Shown: positions 42,641 through 51,774 of the stretch, in pieces
How positions within the stretch are numbered: position 1 is the first letter of the stretch
Layout: each line of letters opens with the position of its first letter
DNA from: an uncultured Micrococcales bacterium
GTDB taxonomy: Bacteria; Actinomycetota; Actinomycetes; S36-B12; UBA10799
Assembly (NCBI GenBank): GCA_937952095.1
Contig: CALFYG010000089.1
Coordinates: forward strand, 1,114 to 65,113
Direction: 5' to 3'
Length of the DNA stretch: 64,000 nucleotides
Translations under genes and position numbers: made by a program
The notes under the pieces: generated by a model
Told to the model about the DNA's origin: nothing
What the model saw: only the letters and a program-made list of their open reading frames with translations
The model's database searches: none

Positions 42641-44011
42641 AGCACGGAAACCCACGCCGGCGACCAGGGCACCCACCCCGCATAGCACCGCTGAGATGAG
42701 CATCGCCCGGGCGTATCCGGGGTCGAGGCCCGCGCCGCCGACCCCCACCCCGGCCAGCGCCGGCAGCACCGCGATGGCGATGAGCCCGGCCACCCGGGCG
42801 ACGGCGTTGTTGACACCTGAGGCGGTGCCCGACAGGTCGGGCCCGACATCCAGTAGGGCCGCCGTGGTCACCGGCGCCACCACCAGCACCAGTCCCACGG
42901 CGAAGATCACCAGCGCCGGGAGGACCTTCCCCTGATAGGAATCCCCGGCTCCGAGCGTGCTCAGCCACGCCAGCCCCACGGCCATGATCACCGGCCCGGC
43001 CACAAGGAACCACCGCGGACCGAAGCGGCTGACCAGAGCCCCCACCCGTGCCGAGCCCAGCGCCAGCAGGATCGTGATGGGCAGGCCCGCGGCACCGGCG
43101 GCCAGCGCCGAGTACCCCATCTGGATCTGCAGATAGACCGTCAGCAGGAACGTCGACACGCTCAATGCCCCGTAGACGACGAACGTGACGAGGTTCGCCA
43201 CGGTGAAGGTCCGGATGTTGAAGATGCTCAGCGGCAGCATCGGCGCGGCGGCGCGGCGCTCCACCACCACGAACACGACCAGGAGCAGCACACCGATCCC
43301 CACGAGGAGCCACGCGCGCCCGCCGAGGCGGTTGATCTCGATGAGCGGGCCGACCACCAGCCCCAGGCCGATGGTGGCCAGCCCGGCCCCGACCAGGTCG
43401 AGCTGACGCAGCAGGCCGGCGTCGGTCCGGGTGCCGGGGGTGGCAGGGACAGCGCGCGCCAGCCACACCGCGAGCGCGGCCAGTGGCAGGTTGATGAGGA
43501 ACGCCAGCCGCCAGCCGATGGGGAACGCATCGACCAGCGCCCCCCCGACGAACGGCCCGAGTGCGGTGAAGATCCCGGACAGACCCGACCACGCCCCGAT
43601 CGCGCGCCCCCGGTCGTCGCCAGCGAACTCCGAGTTGAGCAGTGCCAGTGAGGTGGGCACCATCAAGGCCGCGCAGGCACCCTGCAGCATGCGCGCGGCC
43701 ACCAGCGCGACCATCGATGGCGCAAGGCCACACGCCGCGCTGGCCACGGCGAATCCCACGATCCCGAACACGAACACCCGGCGCTTGCCGAGCAGGTCTC
43801 CGAGTGAGCCACCCACGAGCACCAAGGCCCCCAGGGTCAGCAGGTACCCGTCGAGAACCCACTGCATCCCGGAGAAGCCCCCACCGAGATCCTCGGTGAT
43901 GTGGGGCGCCGCCACGGTCACGATGGTGCCGTCGAGGAATGCCATGCCCGAGGCGACAACGCTGGCGCTCAGGGCTCTGCGCCCCTGACCCGAGGACAGC
44001 GTGAGCGACAT
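42620..44011 (-). CDS. MFS transporter, DHA2 (EmrB/QacA)-like
   Basis: VVASGMAFLDGTIVTVAAPHI...MQWVLDGYLLTLGALVLVGGSLGDLLGKRRVF. About 14 TM helices. Confidence 0.88.
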   Translation of the reverse strand: MSLTLSSGQGRRALSASVVASGMAFLDGTIVTVAAPHITEDLGGGFSGMQWVLDGYLLTLGALVLVGGSLGDLLGKRRVFVFGIVGFAVASAACGLAPSMVALVAARMLQGACAALMVPTSLALLNSEFAGDDRGRAIGAWSGLSGIFTALGPFVGGALVDAFPIGWRLAFLINLPLAALAVWLARAVPATPGTRTDAGLLRQLDLVGAGLATIGLGLVVGPLIEINRLGGRAWLLVGIGVLLLVVFVVVERRAAAPMLPLSIFNIRTFTVANLVTFVVYGALSVSTFLLTVYLQIQMGYSALAAGAAGLPITILLALGSARVGALVSRFGPRWFLVAGPVIMAVGLAWLSTLGAGDSYQGKVLPALVIFAVGLVLVVAPVTTAALLDVGPDLSGTASGVNNAVARVAGLIAIAVLPALAGVGVGGAGLDPGYARAMLISAVLCGVGALVAGVGFRAQAYRTG

Positions 44012-44103
44012 GCCCCAACCCTAGGGGGCATGTGGCGCATGTCTCGGCGCCGAAACGGGGCGGGCTCGACGGCGGGACGCGGACCGGGTGTAACCATGGA
44101 TGC

Positions 44104-44778
44104 ATGGCCGATCGACCCGGGCGCAGTGGCGCACTCTTCGACGAACTCGAGCGCTGGAGCAACCTCGGCCTCGGCCTGGCCGGGCTGGCGTCGGGCTACA
44201 CCCGCTCCCGGCTGGTGGACGACGGGCAGCCGGCCCCGGGTGACCCGGACGTCGTGACGCTCGCCGACCTGCTGGCCGTGCTGCCCGGTGCCGCCGCCTC
44301 GATCGCGGCCGCGGCGCAGTCAGCGATCTTCGACGCCGTCGCGCATGTGGAGGATCTGCTCAATCAGGCGTCCGCAGCGGCCTCCGGGGTCGAGTTCACG
44401 GGCCGCCCGATGCGCGCACTGCATGCCTGGCTGACCGGACTCGACCGGCAGTTCCGTGACAAGCAGGCCGAACGTGCGGAGGTCGCCGCGCAGTTCCTCG
44501 CCACCGTCGGCCCGGAGACGACCGCCGAGCTGCTCTCCCGGGTCGACATGAACATGGTGCTCAGCGAGGTGGACATGGATGCGCTGGTGGAGCGGGTGAC
44601 CCTCGAGAAAGTCCTCGAGAAGGTGGACTTCAACTCAGTGGTGGCCGACGCTCTCACACAGATCGACGCCACCGATCTCACCGGCGTGCTGGCGACGACG
44701 ACCGTGGACTCGATTCGGACCCTGCCAGGGGCCGCGACCCGGATGGCCGGCCGAGTCGTGCGGCGCCCGACCTCCTGA
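44104..44778 (+). CDS. hypothetical protein
   Basis: ORF with coding-like composition. ATG 44104 chosen as start. No family recognised. Confidence 0.5.
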   Translation: MADRPGRSGALFDELERWSNLGLGLAGLASGYTRSRLVDDGQPAPGDPDVVTLADLLAVLPGAAASIAAAAQSAIFDAVAHVEDLLNQASAAASGVEFTGRPMRALHAWLTGLDRQFRDKQAERAEVAAQFLATVGPETTAELLSRVDMNMVLSEVDMDALVERVTLEKVLEKVDFNSVVADALTQIDATDLTGVLATTTVDSIRTLPGAATRMAGRVVRRPTS

Positions 44779-45245
44779 TGCGGGCACTCGTCCAGCGCGC
44801 CGACGGCGCCGCCGTGAGCATCCACGGCGAAGTGACGGGATCCTTCGACGGGCCCGGACTGGTGGTCCTCGTCGGCGTGACCCACACCGACACCCCGGAA
44901 CTCGCCGCGCGCCTGGCCGCGAAGGTCTGGGGGGCGCGACTGTTCGACCGTGACCGCCTGCCGTCGGTGTGTGTGCCGCCGGGCGGACCCGCCGAACTGT
45001 CGGCCTCCGATGTCGGCCTGCCCCTGCTGGTCATCAGCCAGTTCACGCTCTACGCCAACACCCGTAAAGGTCGCCGCCCGACCTGGGATGCGGCAGCGCC
45101 CGGCCCTGTGGCCGAACCGCTCGTGGAGGCGTTCGTCGAAGCCTTGCGCGAGGCCGGGGCACGGGTCGAGACCGGGCGATTCGGCGCGGACATGCAGGTC
45201 CGTCTCACAAACGACGGGCCGATCACCGTCCTGTTCGAGGTCTGA
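44778..45245 (+). CDS. dtd: D-aminoacyl-tRNA deacylase
   Basis: MRALVQRA...[12 protein letters not shown]...[18 protein letters not shown]...[15 protein letters not shown]. Confidence 0.9.
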   Translation: MRALVQRADGAAVSIHGEVTGSFDGPGLVVLVGVTHTDTPELAARLAAKVWGARLFDRDRLPSVCVPPGGPAELSASDVGLPLLVISQFTLYANTRKGRRPTWDAAAPGPVAEPLVEAFVEALREAGARVETGRFGADMQVRLTNDGPITVLFEV

Positions 45246-45264
45246 AGCGGCTACCCTTTGGCGC

Positions 45265-46020
45265 GTGTACGACGCGCCCATCGCCGAGGTCAGCGGCGCC
45301 TGCTTCGCCGGCGACCGCCTCGTCCTCGTCGGCGACTCCGAACCGGTGCTGGCCTGGGCGACGTGGGCCGATGGGCCGGGACAGTGGCACACCCTGGATG
45401 TGTCGGCCCTGCCCGGCGCACCGTCGGACACCGGTCAGTTCGAGGCGGTCGAACACCTCGACGACGACATCGTCGTGATCCTCTGCGAGGAGCCGGCACT
45501 GCTGGTGGCCGTGGACCTGGGTGCCGAACAGATCGTGGGCTCGTGGCACCTGCACGTCGATCTGAAGGGATTGGCCAAGCCCTGGTCGAAGGATCCGAAC
45601 TCGCACGGTGAAGGCTTCTTCTTCGGCCCTGACCGGCTCTTCATCGTCAAGGAGAAGAAGCCGGCGGCGATCGTCGAGTTCGGCATCCGTGGCCAGGAGA
45701 GCATCGGGGCACCCCGCGTGGGGACCTGGCGACCACCAGCCGACGGGGAACTCAGCGCGCTGGCCTGGACCGAACTGGACCTCGAGGACGTCAGCGACGT
45801 GTGCGTGGTCGGGTCGGACATATGGCTGCTCAGCGACAAGGCCCGCTGCATGCAGCGACTCGGGGACCCGGCGACGGCACTGCCCAAGCACATCGAGAAA
45901 CCCGAGGGACTGGCGCGCACGCCGGAGGGTAGGTGGTTGGTGGCAGTGGACAACACACACGGCGAAGGGGCACTTCATGTGCTCGATGGGACTGGCCAAT
46001 ACCCCGATACGGATCGATGA
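45265..46020 (+). CDS. hypothetical protein (possibly beta-propeller/SdiA-regulated-like)
   Basis: 251-aa ORF from GTG 45265. Repeated strand-like segments. No confident family. Confidence 0.5.
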   Translation: MYDAPIAEVSGACFAGDRLVLVGDSEPVLAWATWADGPGQWHTLDVSALPGAPSDTGQFEAVEHLDDDIVVILCEEPALLVAVDLGAEQIVGSWHLHVDLKGLAKPWSKDPNSHGEGFFFGPDRLFIVKEKKPAAIVEFGIRGQESIGAPRVGTWRPPADGELSALAWTELDLEDVSDVCVVGSDIWLLSDKARCMQRLGDPATALPKHIEKPEGLARTPEGRWLVAVDNTHGEGALHVLDGTGQYPDTDR

Positions 46021-46391
46021 TGGACTTGTTCAGGTGGTTCGGCTGGCCGTTCCGGCACTCCCCGGTGGAAGATGGGGAACCCGATGCGGATCCACGATCC
46101 GAGGAGGATGACATCGCTACCGACGACGACAGCGAGGCCACACGGGACCGTTCCGTTCCCACGCGTGACGAGTTCTTCACGCCGATGGCACGATTCCAGG
46201 GCGAGTTCACCCCCGAGAACCTCGCGTTCGACGCCAACCTGCAGGAGTTCGCGCAGCGGGTGGCCTACCTCTGTGGGCTGGAGACGGCGGGCAAACTCAG
46301 CCCGGACGAGGCCCACTCCCGGATTCGGGACCTGTACGAGCAGTTGGCCCGCACCAAGAAGGGCCTCGGGATCGGTGAGCCGGAAGCCTGA
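46017..46391 (+). CDS. hypothetical protein with acidic disordered N-terminus and conserved C-terminal helical domain
   Basis: ATGA overlap with the preceding gene. C-terminus FTPENLAFDANLQEFAQRVAYLCGLETAGKLSPDEAHSRIRDLYEQL. Confidence 0.55.
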   Translation: MMDLFRWFGWPFRHSPVEDGEPDADPRSEEDDIATDDDSEATRDRSVPTRDEFFTPMARFQGEFTPENLAFDANLQEFAQRVAYLCGLETAGKLSPDEAHSRIRDLYEQLARTKKGLGIGEPEA

Positions 46392-46458
46392 CCCCCCTTC
46401 GACAAGACCGCGCACGTGTGCCACACTTCTGCACAACGTAGGAAGGAGGTTCGCGACG

Positions 46459-46512
46459 ATGGATTCCCGGCAGATGTGTATGTGTCGAATGATGTCCGTC
46501 GCCGGGGCCTGA
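46459..46512 (+). CDS. candidate 17-aa Met/Cys-rich leader peptide MDSRQMCMCRMMSVAGA
   Basis: GGAAGGAGG SD at 46441-46449, 9 nt before the ATG. 5 Met and 2 Cys in 17 codons. The stop abuts hairpin segment 1. Confidence 0.5.
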   Translation: MDSRQMCMCRMMSVAGA

Positions 46513-46583
46513 GCGACGATTCCTTACGTTCCCCGGCGAAGAGTCCGGGGCTTTTCTTTTCGGTGCGTCGAGCGCCCGGACTC
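46499..46583 (+). promoter_or_regulatory. candidate transcription attenuator (mutually exclusive hairpins) upstream of metY-metX
   Basis: Segment 1 CGCCGGGG (46500-07) pairs with segment 2 CCCCGGCG (46531-38). Segment 2 CCCCGG pairs with segment 3 CCGGGG (46545-50). Segment 3 GAGTCCGGG (46541-49) pairs with segment 4 CCCGGACTC (46575-83). Confidence 0.5.
46531..46563 (+). terminator. intrinsic terminator inside the metY leader
   Basis: CCCCGG-cgaagagt-CCGGGG followed by CTTTTCTTTTCGG, a T-run that is rare in this GC-rich sequence. Confidence 0.5.
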
Positions 46584-46626
46584 CCACCCATCCGGCACCG
46601 ATCCCAGAACCGAGAAAAGGAAAACC

Positions 46627-47943
46627 ATGAGCGACGCCTGGTCCTTCGAAACCAAGCAGATCCACGCAGGACAGACCCCCGACGAGACCACCAACGCGCG
46701 GGCCCTGCCGATCTACCAGACCACCAGCTACACCTTCAACGACACGACCCACGCCGCGAACCTGTTCGCCCTCAAGGAACTCGGCAACATCTACACCCGG
46801 ATCATGAACCCGACGCAGGCGACCGTCGAGGACCGGATCGCAGCCCTCGAGGGCGGCGTCGGGGCCCTGCTGGTCTCCAGCGGGCAGGCCGCCGAGACCA
46901 TCGCGATCCTGAACGTGGCGGAGGCCGGGGACCACATCGTGTCCAGCCCCAGCTTGTACGGCGGCACCTACAACCTGTTCCACTACACGCTGCCGAAGCT
47001 CGGGATCGAGGTCTCTTTCGTGGAGAACCCCGACGACCCGCAGTCGTGGCGTGACGCCATCAAGCCCAACACCAAGGCCTTCTTCGGCGAGAGCATCTCG
47101 AACCCGAAGAACGACATCCTCGACATCGAGACCGTCGCCGAGGTGGCGCACGAGTTCGGCGTGCCGCTGATCGTGGACAACACGGTGGCCACCCCCTACC
47201 TGGTCCAGCCGCTGAAGTGGGGCGCGGACATCGTCGTGCACTCGGCCACCAAGTACATCGGCGGTCACGGCACCGCCGTTGCCGGCGTGATCGTGGACGG
47301 TGGGACGTTCGACTACGCCCAGTACCCCGAGCGCTACCCCAACTACAACGAGCCGGACCCGAGCTACCACGGCCTGGTGTACGCCCGTGACCTCGGCGTG
47401 GGCTCGCAGTTCGGCGCGAACCTCTCGTTCATCCTCAAGGCGCGCGTGCAGTTGCTGCGCGACCTCGGCGCCGCGGTGGCACCGTTCAACGCGTGGCTGC
47501 TGTCGCAGGGCCTCGAGACGCTGAGCCTGCGGGTTGAGCGGCATGTGGAGAACGCGCAGGCCGTCGCCGAGTGGCTCACCACCCGCGACGAGGTGGAGAA
47601 GGTCAACTACGCGGGTCTGGAGACCAGCCCGTGGTACGAGACCGGCCGCAAGTACGCCCCCAGCGGCACCGGTGCAGTGCTCTCCTTCGAGATCGTCGGG
47701 GGCGTGGAAGCGGGCAAGGCGTTCGTGGAGGCGCTCGAACTGCACAGCCACGTGGCCAACATCGGGGACGTGCGCAGCCTGGTCATCCACCCCGCGTCGA
47801 CGACGCACTCGCAGTTGACGCCCGACGAGCAGTTGGCCGCGGGAGTGACCCCCGGTCTGGTGCGTCTGGCGGTCGGGATCGAGAACATCGCCGACATCCT
47901 CGCCGACCTCGACGCCGGTTTCCGCGCCGCGAAGCAGGCCTGA
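46627..47943 (+). CDS. metY: O-acetylhomoserine aminocarboxypropyltransferase (sulfhydrylase)
   Basis: FETKQIHAGQ..DETTNARALPIYQTTSYTF...YTRIMNPT...HSATKYIGGHG... (PLP-dependent Cys/Met metabolism family). Confidence 0.92.
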   Translation: MSDAWSFETKQIHAGQTPDETTNARALPIYQTTSYTFNDTTHAANLFALKELGNIYTRIMNPTQATVEDRIAALEGGVGALLVSSGQAAETIAILNVAEAGDHIVSSPSLYGGTYNLFHYTLPKLGIEVSFVENPDDPQSWRDAIKPNTKAFFGESISNPKNDILDIETVAEVAHEFGVPLIVDNTVATPYLVQPLKWGADIVVHSATKYIGGHGTAVAGVIVDGGTFDYAQYPERYPNYNEPDPSYHGLVYARDLGVGSQFGANLSFILKARVQLLRDLGAAVAPFNAWLLSQGLETLSLRVERHVENAQAVAEWLTTRDEVEKVNYAGLETSPWYETGRKYAPSGTGAVLSFEIVGGVEAGKAFVEALELHSHVANIGDVRSLVIHPASTTHSQLTPDEQLAAGVTPGLVRLAVGIENIADILADLDAGFRAAKQA

Positions 47944-47946
47944 GCG

Positions 47947-49053
47947 ATGAGCACCTCCGGCGGATGGCGCGAGGGTGACGATCCCGGCTGGCGGCGCTTC
48001 GCCGACCTCGGCCCGATGGATCTTGATCTCGGCGGCCGTCTGCCGGAGGTGCGCGTCGCCTACGAGACGTGGGGAACGTACAACGGCAACAACGCTGTGC
48101 TGGTGCAGCATGCTCTGACCGGCGACGCCCACGCCGCGGGTCCGGCCGGTCCGGGGCAGCCGACGCCGGGATGGTGGGACCCGCTCATCGGCCCGGGCAA
48201 GGCCATCGACACCCGGCGGTGGTTCGTCCTGTCGTCCAACGTCCTAGGTGGCTGTCAGGGAACCACGGGTCCCTCGAGCCTCGCCCCTGATGGCCGTCCC
48301 TACGGGTCGCGGTGGCCGCGCATCACCATCCGCGATCAGGTAGCCGTCGAGGTGGCGCTCGCGGATGCCCTCGGCATTGAGCACTTCACCGCCGTGATGG
48401 GTGGGTCGATGGGTGGTATGCGGACGCTGGAGTGGATCGTGCAGCATCCGCAGCGGGTGGGTACGGCTCTGGTGATGGCGACATCGGCCTCGGCGACAGC
48501 CGACCAGATCGCCACCCAGAGCGTGCAGATCCAGGCCATCGCGACCGACCCGGCCTGGCATGGCGGGGACTACTACGACACCGGGCAGGTTCCGCTGGCC
48601 GGGATGGGCGTCGCGCGCCGGATCGCGCACCTCACATACCGCACCGAGCGCGAACTCGCCGCGCGGTTCGGCCGGGACCATCAGCTCGGGGAGGACGCGC
48701 TGGCCGACGGGCGCTTCGCCGTGCAGTCGTACCTGGATCACCAAGCAGACAAGTTGAGCAAGCGGTTCGACCCCGGCACGTACGTCGCGCTGTCGGACGC
48801 CATGAGCCTGCACGACGTGTACCGGGGCAGGGGGCTCGGCGCCCTGCGTGACGTGGCGGTCCCGACACGTGTGGTCGGAATCCCGTCGGACCGCTTGTAT
48901 CCGCTGTACCTGCAGCAGCAGATCGCTGACGAACTCGGTGTGGAGCTCGACGTCGTCGATTCCCCGTTCGGCCACGACGGCTTCCTGCTCGAGGATGACG
49001 AGATCGGCCGGGTGGTCTCGGATCTGCTGGCCCCCCAGGCGACGCCCTGCTGA
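47947..49053 (+). CDS. metX: homoserine O-acetyltransferase
   Basis: LPEVRVAYETWGT...NAVLVQHALTGDAHA...WWDPLIGPGKAIDT..WFVLSSNVLGGCQGTTGPSS...GGSMGGMRTLEW. Confidence 0.92.
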   Translation: MSTSGGWREGDDPGWRRFADLGPMDLDLGGRLPEVRVAYETWGTYNGNNAVLVQHALTGDAHAAGPAGPGQPTPGWWDPLIGPGKAIDTRRWFVLSSNVLGGCQGTTGPSSLAPDGRPYGSRWPRITIRDQVAVEVALADALGIEHFTAVMGGSMGGMRTLEWIVQHPQRVGTALVMATSASATADQIATQSVQIQAIATDPAWHGGDYYDTGQVPLAGMGVARRIAHLTYRTERELAARFGRDHQLGEDALADGRFAVQSYLDHQADKLSKRFDPGTYVALSDAMSLHDVYRGRGLGALRDVAVPTRVVGIPSDRLYPLYLQQQIADELGVELDVVDSPFGHDGFLLEDDEIGRVVSDLLAPQATPC

Positions 49054-49063
49054 GATAGTGCTG

Positions 49064-49447
49064 ATGGCCGAGCCGAAGACCCGCCCCACCGGCGCCAGCG
49101 TCGAGGCATTCCTGGACGCCGCGACTCCCAGGCAGCGTCGAACGGACGGATTCACGCTGCTGGAGATCATGGGCGAGATCACCGGGCAGCCCGCCGTGAT
49201 GTGGGGACCCAGCATCGTCGGCTTCGGTTCCAGGCCGATGGTCTACGCCTCCGGTGCCACGGTCGACTGGCCGGTGGTGGCGTTCAGTCCGCGCAAGGCC
49301 AGCCTGGTGCTGTACATCGACCACGACGACGACCTGCTGGCCAGACTCGGTAAGCACAAGCTGGGCAAGGGATGCCTGTACATCACCAAACTCTCCGACG
49401 TGGAGGAATCGGTGTTGCGCGAGTTGATCTCGCGGACCGTCGGCTAG
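49064..49447 (+). CDS. DUF1801 domain protein
   Basis: KTRPTGASVEAFLDAATPRQRRTDGFTLLEIMGEITGQPAVMWGPSIVGFG...VAFSPRKASLVLY. Confidence 0.75.
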   Translation: MAEPKTRPTGASVEAFLDAATPRQRRTDGFTLLEIMGEITGQPAVMWGPSIVGFGSRPMVYASGATVDWPVVAFSPRKASLVLYIDHDDDLLARLGKHKLGKGCLYITKLSDVEESVLRELISRTVG

Positions 49448-49977
49448 TCCTCGAGCCCCGGCGGATCCTCGCCAACCAAACCGTCCACGGTTTCGCGGAT
49501 CAGATCGGCGTGGCCGGTGTGGCGGGCGTACTCCTCGATGAAGTCCACCAGGATGCGCCGCAGTCCCGGGCGTTGTCCGTCGGGGAACCTCACACCGAGA
49601 TGGTCGAGCCCGTTCGCGGCGAGGGCCTCAGCGAGCAGTTCGCGTGAGCGCACCACGGAGGTCCGCCACAGAGCCGTCAGTGTCTCGGGACTGTCGTGGG
49701 CTGCGGATGTCCATGGCCATTCCTCGCTGTGTTCACGCCACATGGGCTGCAGCGGCCGGCCATGGAGCTTGTACGAGAACGTGAAGTCCTCCGCGAAGGC
49801 CATGTGTTTGAGAAGCCCGCCGAGTGTGATGGTTGAGACGCCGATCCGCGCCCGCATCCCGTCTGCGTCCACTCCGGTGCATTTCCAGGCGAAGGTGGCC
49901 CGTTGGCGCTCCAGGGAACCGACAAGCGTGGTGAGTTCATCGCCGACGACCGGCGGGAAACGCGGCCAGGAATCCAT
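49444..49977 (-). CDS. DinB/DUF664 family protein
   Basis: LVGSLERQRATFAWKC...TLGGLLKHMAFAEDFTF...FIEEYARHTGHADLIRE. Confidence 0.78.
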   Translation of the reverse strand: MDSWPRFPPVVGDELTTLVGSLERQRATFAWKCTGVDADGMRARIGVSTITLGGLLKHMAFAEDFTFSYKLHGRPLQPMWREHSEEWPWTSAAHDSPETLTALWRTSVVRSRELLAEALAANGLDHLGVRFPDGQRPGLRRILVDFIEEYARHTGHADLIRETVDGLVGEDPPGLED

Positions 49978-49987
49978 GCAGCGACAT

Positions 49988-50767
49988 TCAGGGCCGGGAC
50001 ACCACGAAGAACCGTGCTCCGTTGGGGTCGAGGACCCCGGCGACCACGCTGGTGGCCGTCTCGTAGGGCTTGACGAACACCTTGCCGCCCAAGGACAACG
50101 CGTCGTCCACGGTGCCGGGTACATCGTTCACCGCGAAGTACACCTGCCACACCGCGGGGATCTCCTCCGGCACGTTGCGGGGCATGTCCTCCGCGCCGGC
50201 GTTGGTCTGGTCCTCACCGGGCTTGTCCGGCAAGTGGGCGACCTTGTAGCCCGGCGTGGTGCCGTCGGTCCAGATCCATCCGAAGACCTTCTCGTAGAAC
50301 GGCAGAGCAGCCGTCAGGTCGCGGGTCTGCAGTTCGTTCCACGTCAGCGAACACGGTTCGTCGAAGACATCGGCGCCGGTGTGCGCGTACGGCTGCCAGA
50401 TCCCGAGCATGCCGCCGCTCGGGTCCATGATGTTGGCCAGCCGCCCCTGGTCGGTGACGTCCATGGGCGCGAGCATCACCTGCCCGCCCGCGGCCCGCAC
50501 CGCCTCACACGTGGCATCCGCGTCGTGCACGAGGACGTACGAGACCCACTGCGGGAGCAGGCCCTCGGCCGACATCTCCGGGGGCATCGGGCTCATGCCG
50601 GCGACGAGTTGGCCGTCGAGGAAGAACTGCGTGTAGTGGGCGCCCATGTCCTGCGTGCGGTCGTAGGCCTCCCATCCGAACAGCCCGCAATAGAAGTCCC
50701 GCGCGCGGTCCTCATCGGACGTGAAGGTGTCGGCCCAGCCGAACATGCCATCGGGATGCGCAAACAT
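49988..50767 (-). CDS. two-domain VOC (glyoxalase/bleomycin-resistance fold) protein
   Basis: FGWADTFTSDEDRARDFYCGLFGW... and a second half ..ALPFYEKVFGWIW...VWQVYFAVNDV... Paralog of the next gene. Confidence 0.8.
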   Translation of the reverse strand: MFAHPDGMFGWADTFTSDEDRARDFYCGLFGWEAYDRTQDMGAHYTQFFLDGQLVAGMSPMPPEMSAEGLLPQWVSYVLVHDADATCEAVRAAGGQVMLAPMDVTDQGRLANIMDPSGGMLGIWQPYAHTGADVFDEPCSLTWNELQTRDLTAALPFYEKVFGWIWTDGTTPGYKVAHLPDKPGEDQTNAGAEDMPRNVPEEIPAVWQVYFAVNDVPGTVDDALSLGGKVFVKPYETATSVVAGVLDPNGARFFVVSRP

Positions 50768-50797
50768 GCTCCGAGGGTATGGCACCGACATCGGCGT

Positions 50798-51568
50798 CTA
50801 GAACGACCCGAGCAGGAACATGCCTCCGGTCGGGTCGATGAGTCCGCCGAACTTGCCGGGTCCCATCTCCATCGCCGGCAGGAACACCTCGCCGCCGAGG
50901 CCTTCGGCCGCCGCCATCGAGGTGTCGCAGTCCTCGACCGCGAAGTAGACCATCCAGACGTTGGGCGCCTCGTCCGGCACCCCTGGAGGCGTGGTCATCG
51001 CCCCGGCGTTGGACTTGTCATCACCCTCCTTGGCCGCGATGTTGGCCACGTAGTACCCCGGGTTCGGCCCGTCGTCCCACTCCCAGCCGAACACCGTCTC
51101 GTAGAAGGGTAGCGCCGCCTCGATGTCGCGGGTCTGCAGCTCGTTCCAGGTCATCGACCCGGGTGCGTTGAAGATGTCGGCACCTTGGTGGGCCGCGGGT
51201 TGCCACAAGCCGACGGCGGCGCCGGTGGGGTCGGCCAGCATCGCCATCCGACCCTGATCCATGACGTCCATCGGCGGCATCGAGATTGTTCCTCCTGCGG
51301 CCTCGGCTGCAGCTGCCGTGGCGTCGGCGTCCTCGACCAGCACGTACGAGGTCCAGAACGCCCCGACCTCCTCGGGCACCCCGGGCATCATCGGGGACAG
51401 TCCGCACACGAGCTGCCCGTCCTTGAAGAACTGCGTGTAGGGCGGGCCCATCGGGGTGGGCTGGTCCACGTGGGTCCACCCGAACAACCCCTCGTAGAAC
51501 TCGATGGCCCGGCCCGGGTCGCGGGTCATGAGATCGGCCCAGCCGAACAGTCCATTCGGATACCGCAT
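50798..51568 (-). CDS. two-domain VOC family protein (tandem paralog)
   Basis: AAAGGAGA SD before ATG 51568. LFGWADLMTRDPGRAIEFYEGLFGW...ALPFYETVFGWEW...VWMVYFAVEDC. Confidence 0.8.
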   Translation of the reverse strand: MRYPNGLFGWADLMTRDPGRAIEFYEGLFGWTHVDQPTPMGPPYTQFFKDGQLVCGLSPMMPGVPEEVGAFWTSYVLVEDADATAAAAEAAGGTISMPPMDVMDQGRMAMLADPTGAAVGLWQPAAHQGADIFNAPGSMTWNELQTRDIEAALPFYETVFGWEWDDGPNPGYYVANIAAKEGDDKSNAGAMTTPPGVPDEAPNVWMVYFAVEDCDTSMAAAEGLGGEVFLPAMEMGPGKFGGLIDPTGGMFLLGSF

Positions 51569-51730
51569 GATGTCTCCTTTCGTCCGTGGTCCCACGCTAG
51601 GCACGGGGTACGACATCCGCGCAAGGGTCCAACGGACACAGTTGTTCCGGCCAACGCGCGGTGACGTAGCGGTGACACGTGGCCGACCGGTGGGGAATCG
51701 GCCGGGGTGCCTCACGGGGCCGGGTGCGAT

Positions 51731-51754
51731 TAGGTTTGTGCGTAGGTTTGTGCG
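51731..51754 (+). promoter_or_regulatory. tandem 12-bp direct repeat TAGGTTTGTGCG x2 just upstream of glpK
   Basis: Exact duplication at 51731-42 and 51743-54. Each copy starts with the TANNNT-type hexamer TAGGTT. 20 nt upstream of ATG 51775. Confidence 0.3.
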
Positions 51755-51774
51755 CAGACGAGTGGAGGCAGCAC

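Noticed and set aside
46441-46626. SAM riboswitch (SAM-IV or SAM-I) upstream of metY.
   Set aside because: I could not find the core elements I remember for SAM-IV or S-box (for example ...GCCAGCG...GGCAACC...). The Met/Cys mini-ORF with alternative hairpins explains the structure better. cmscan is still needed.
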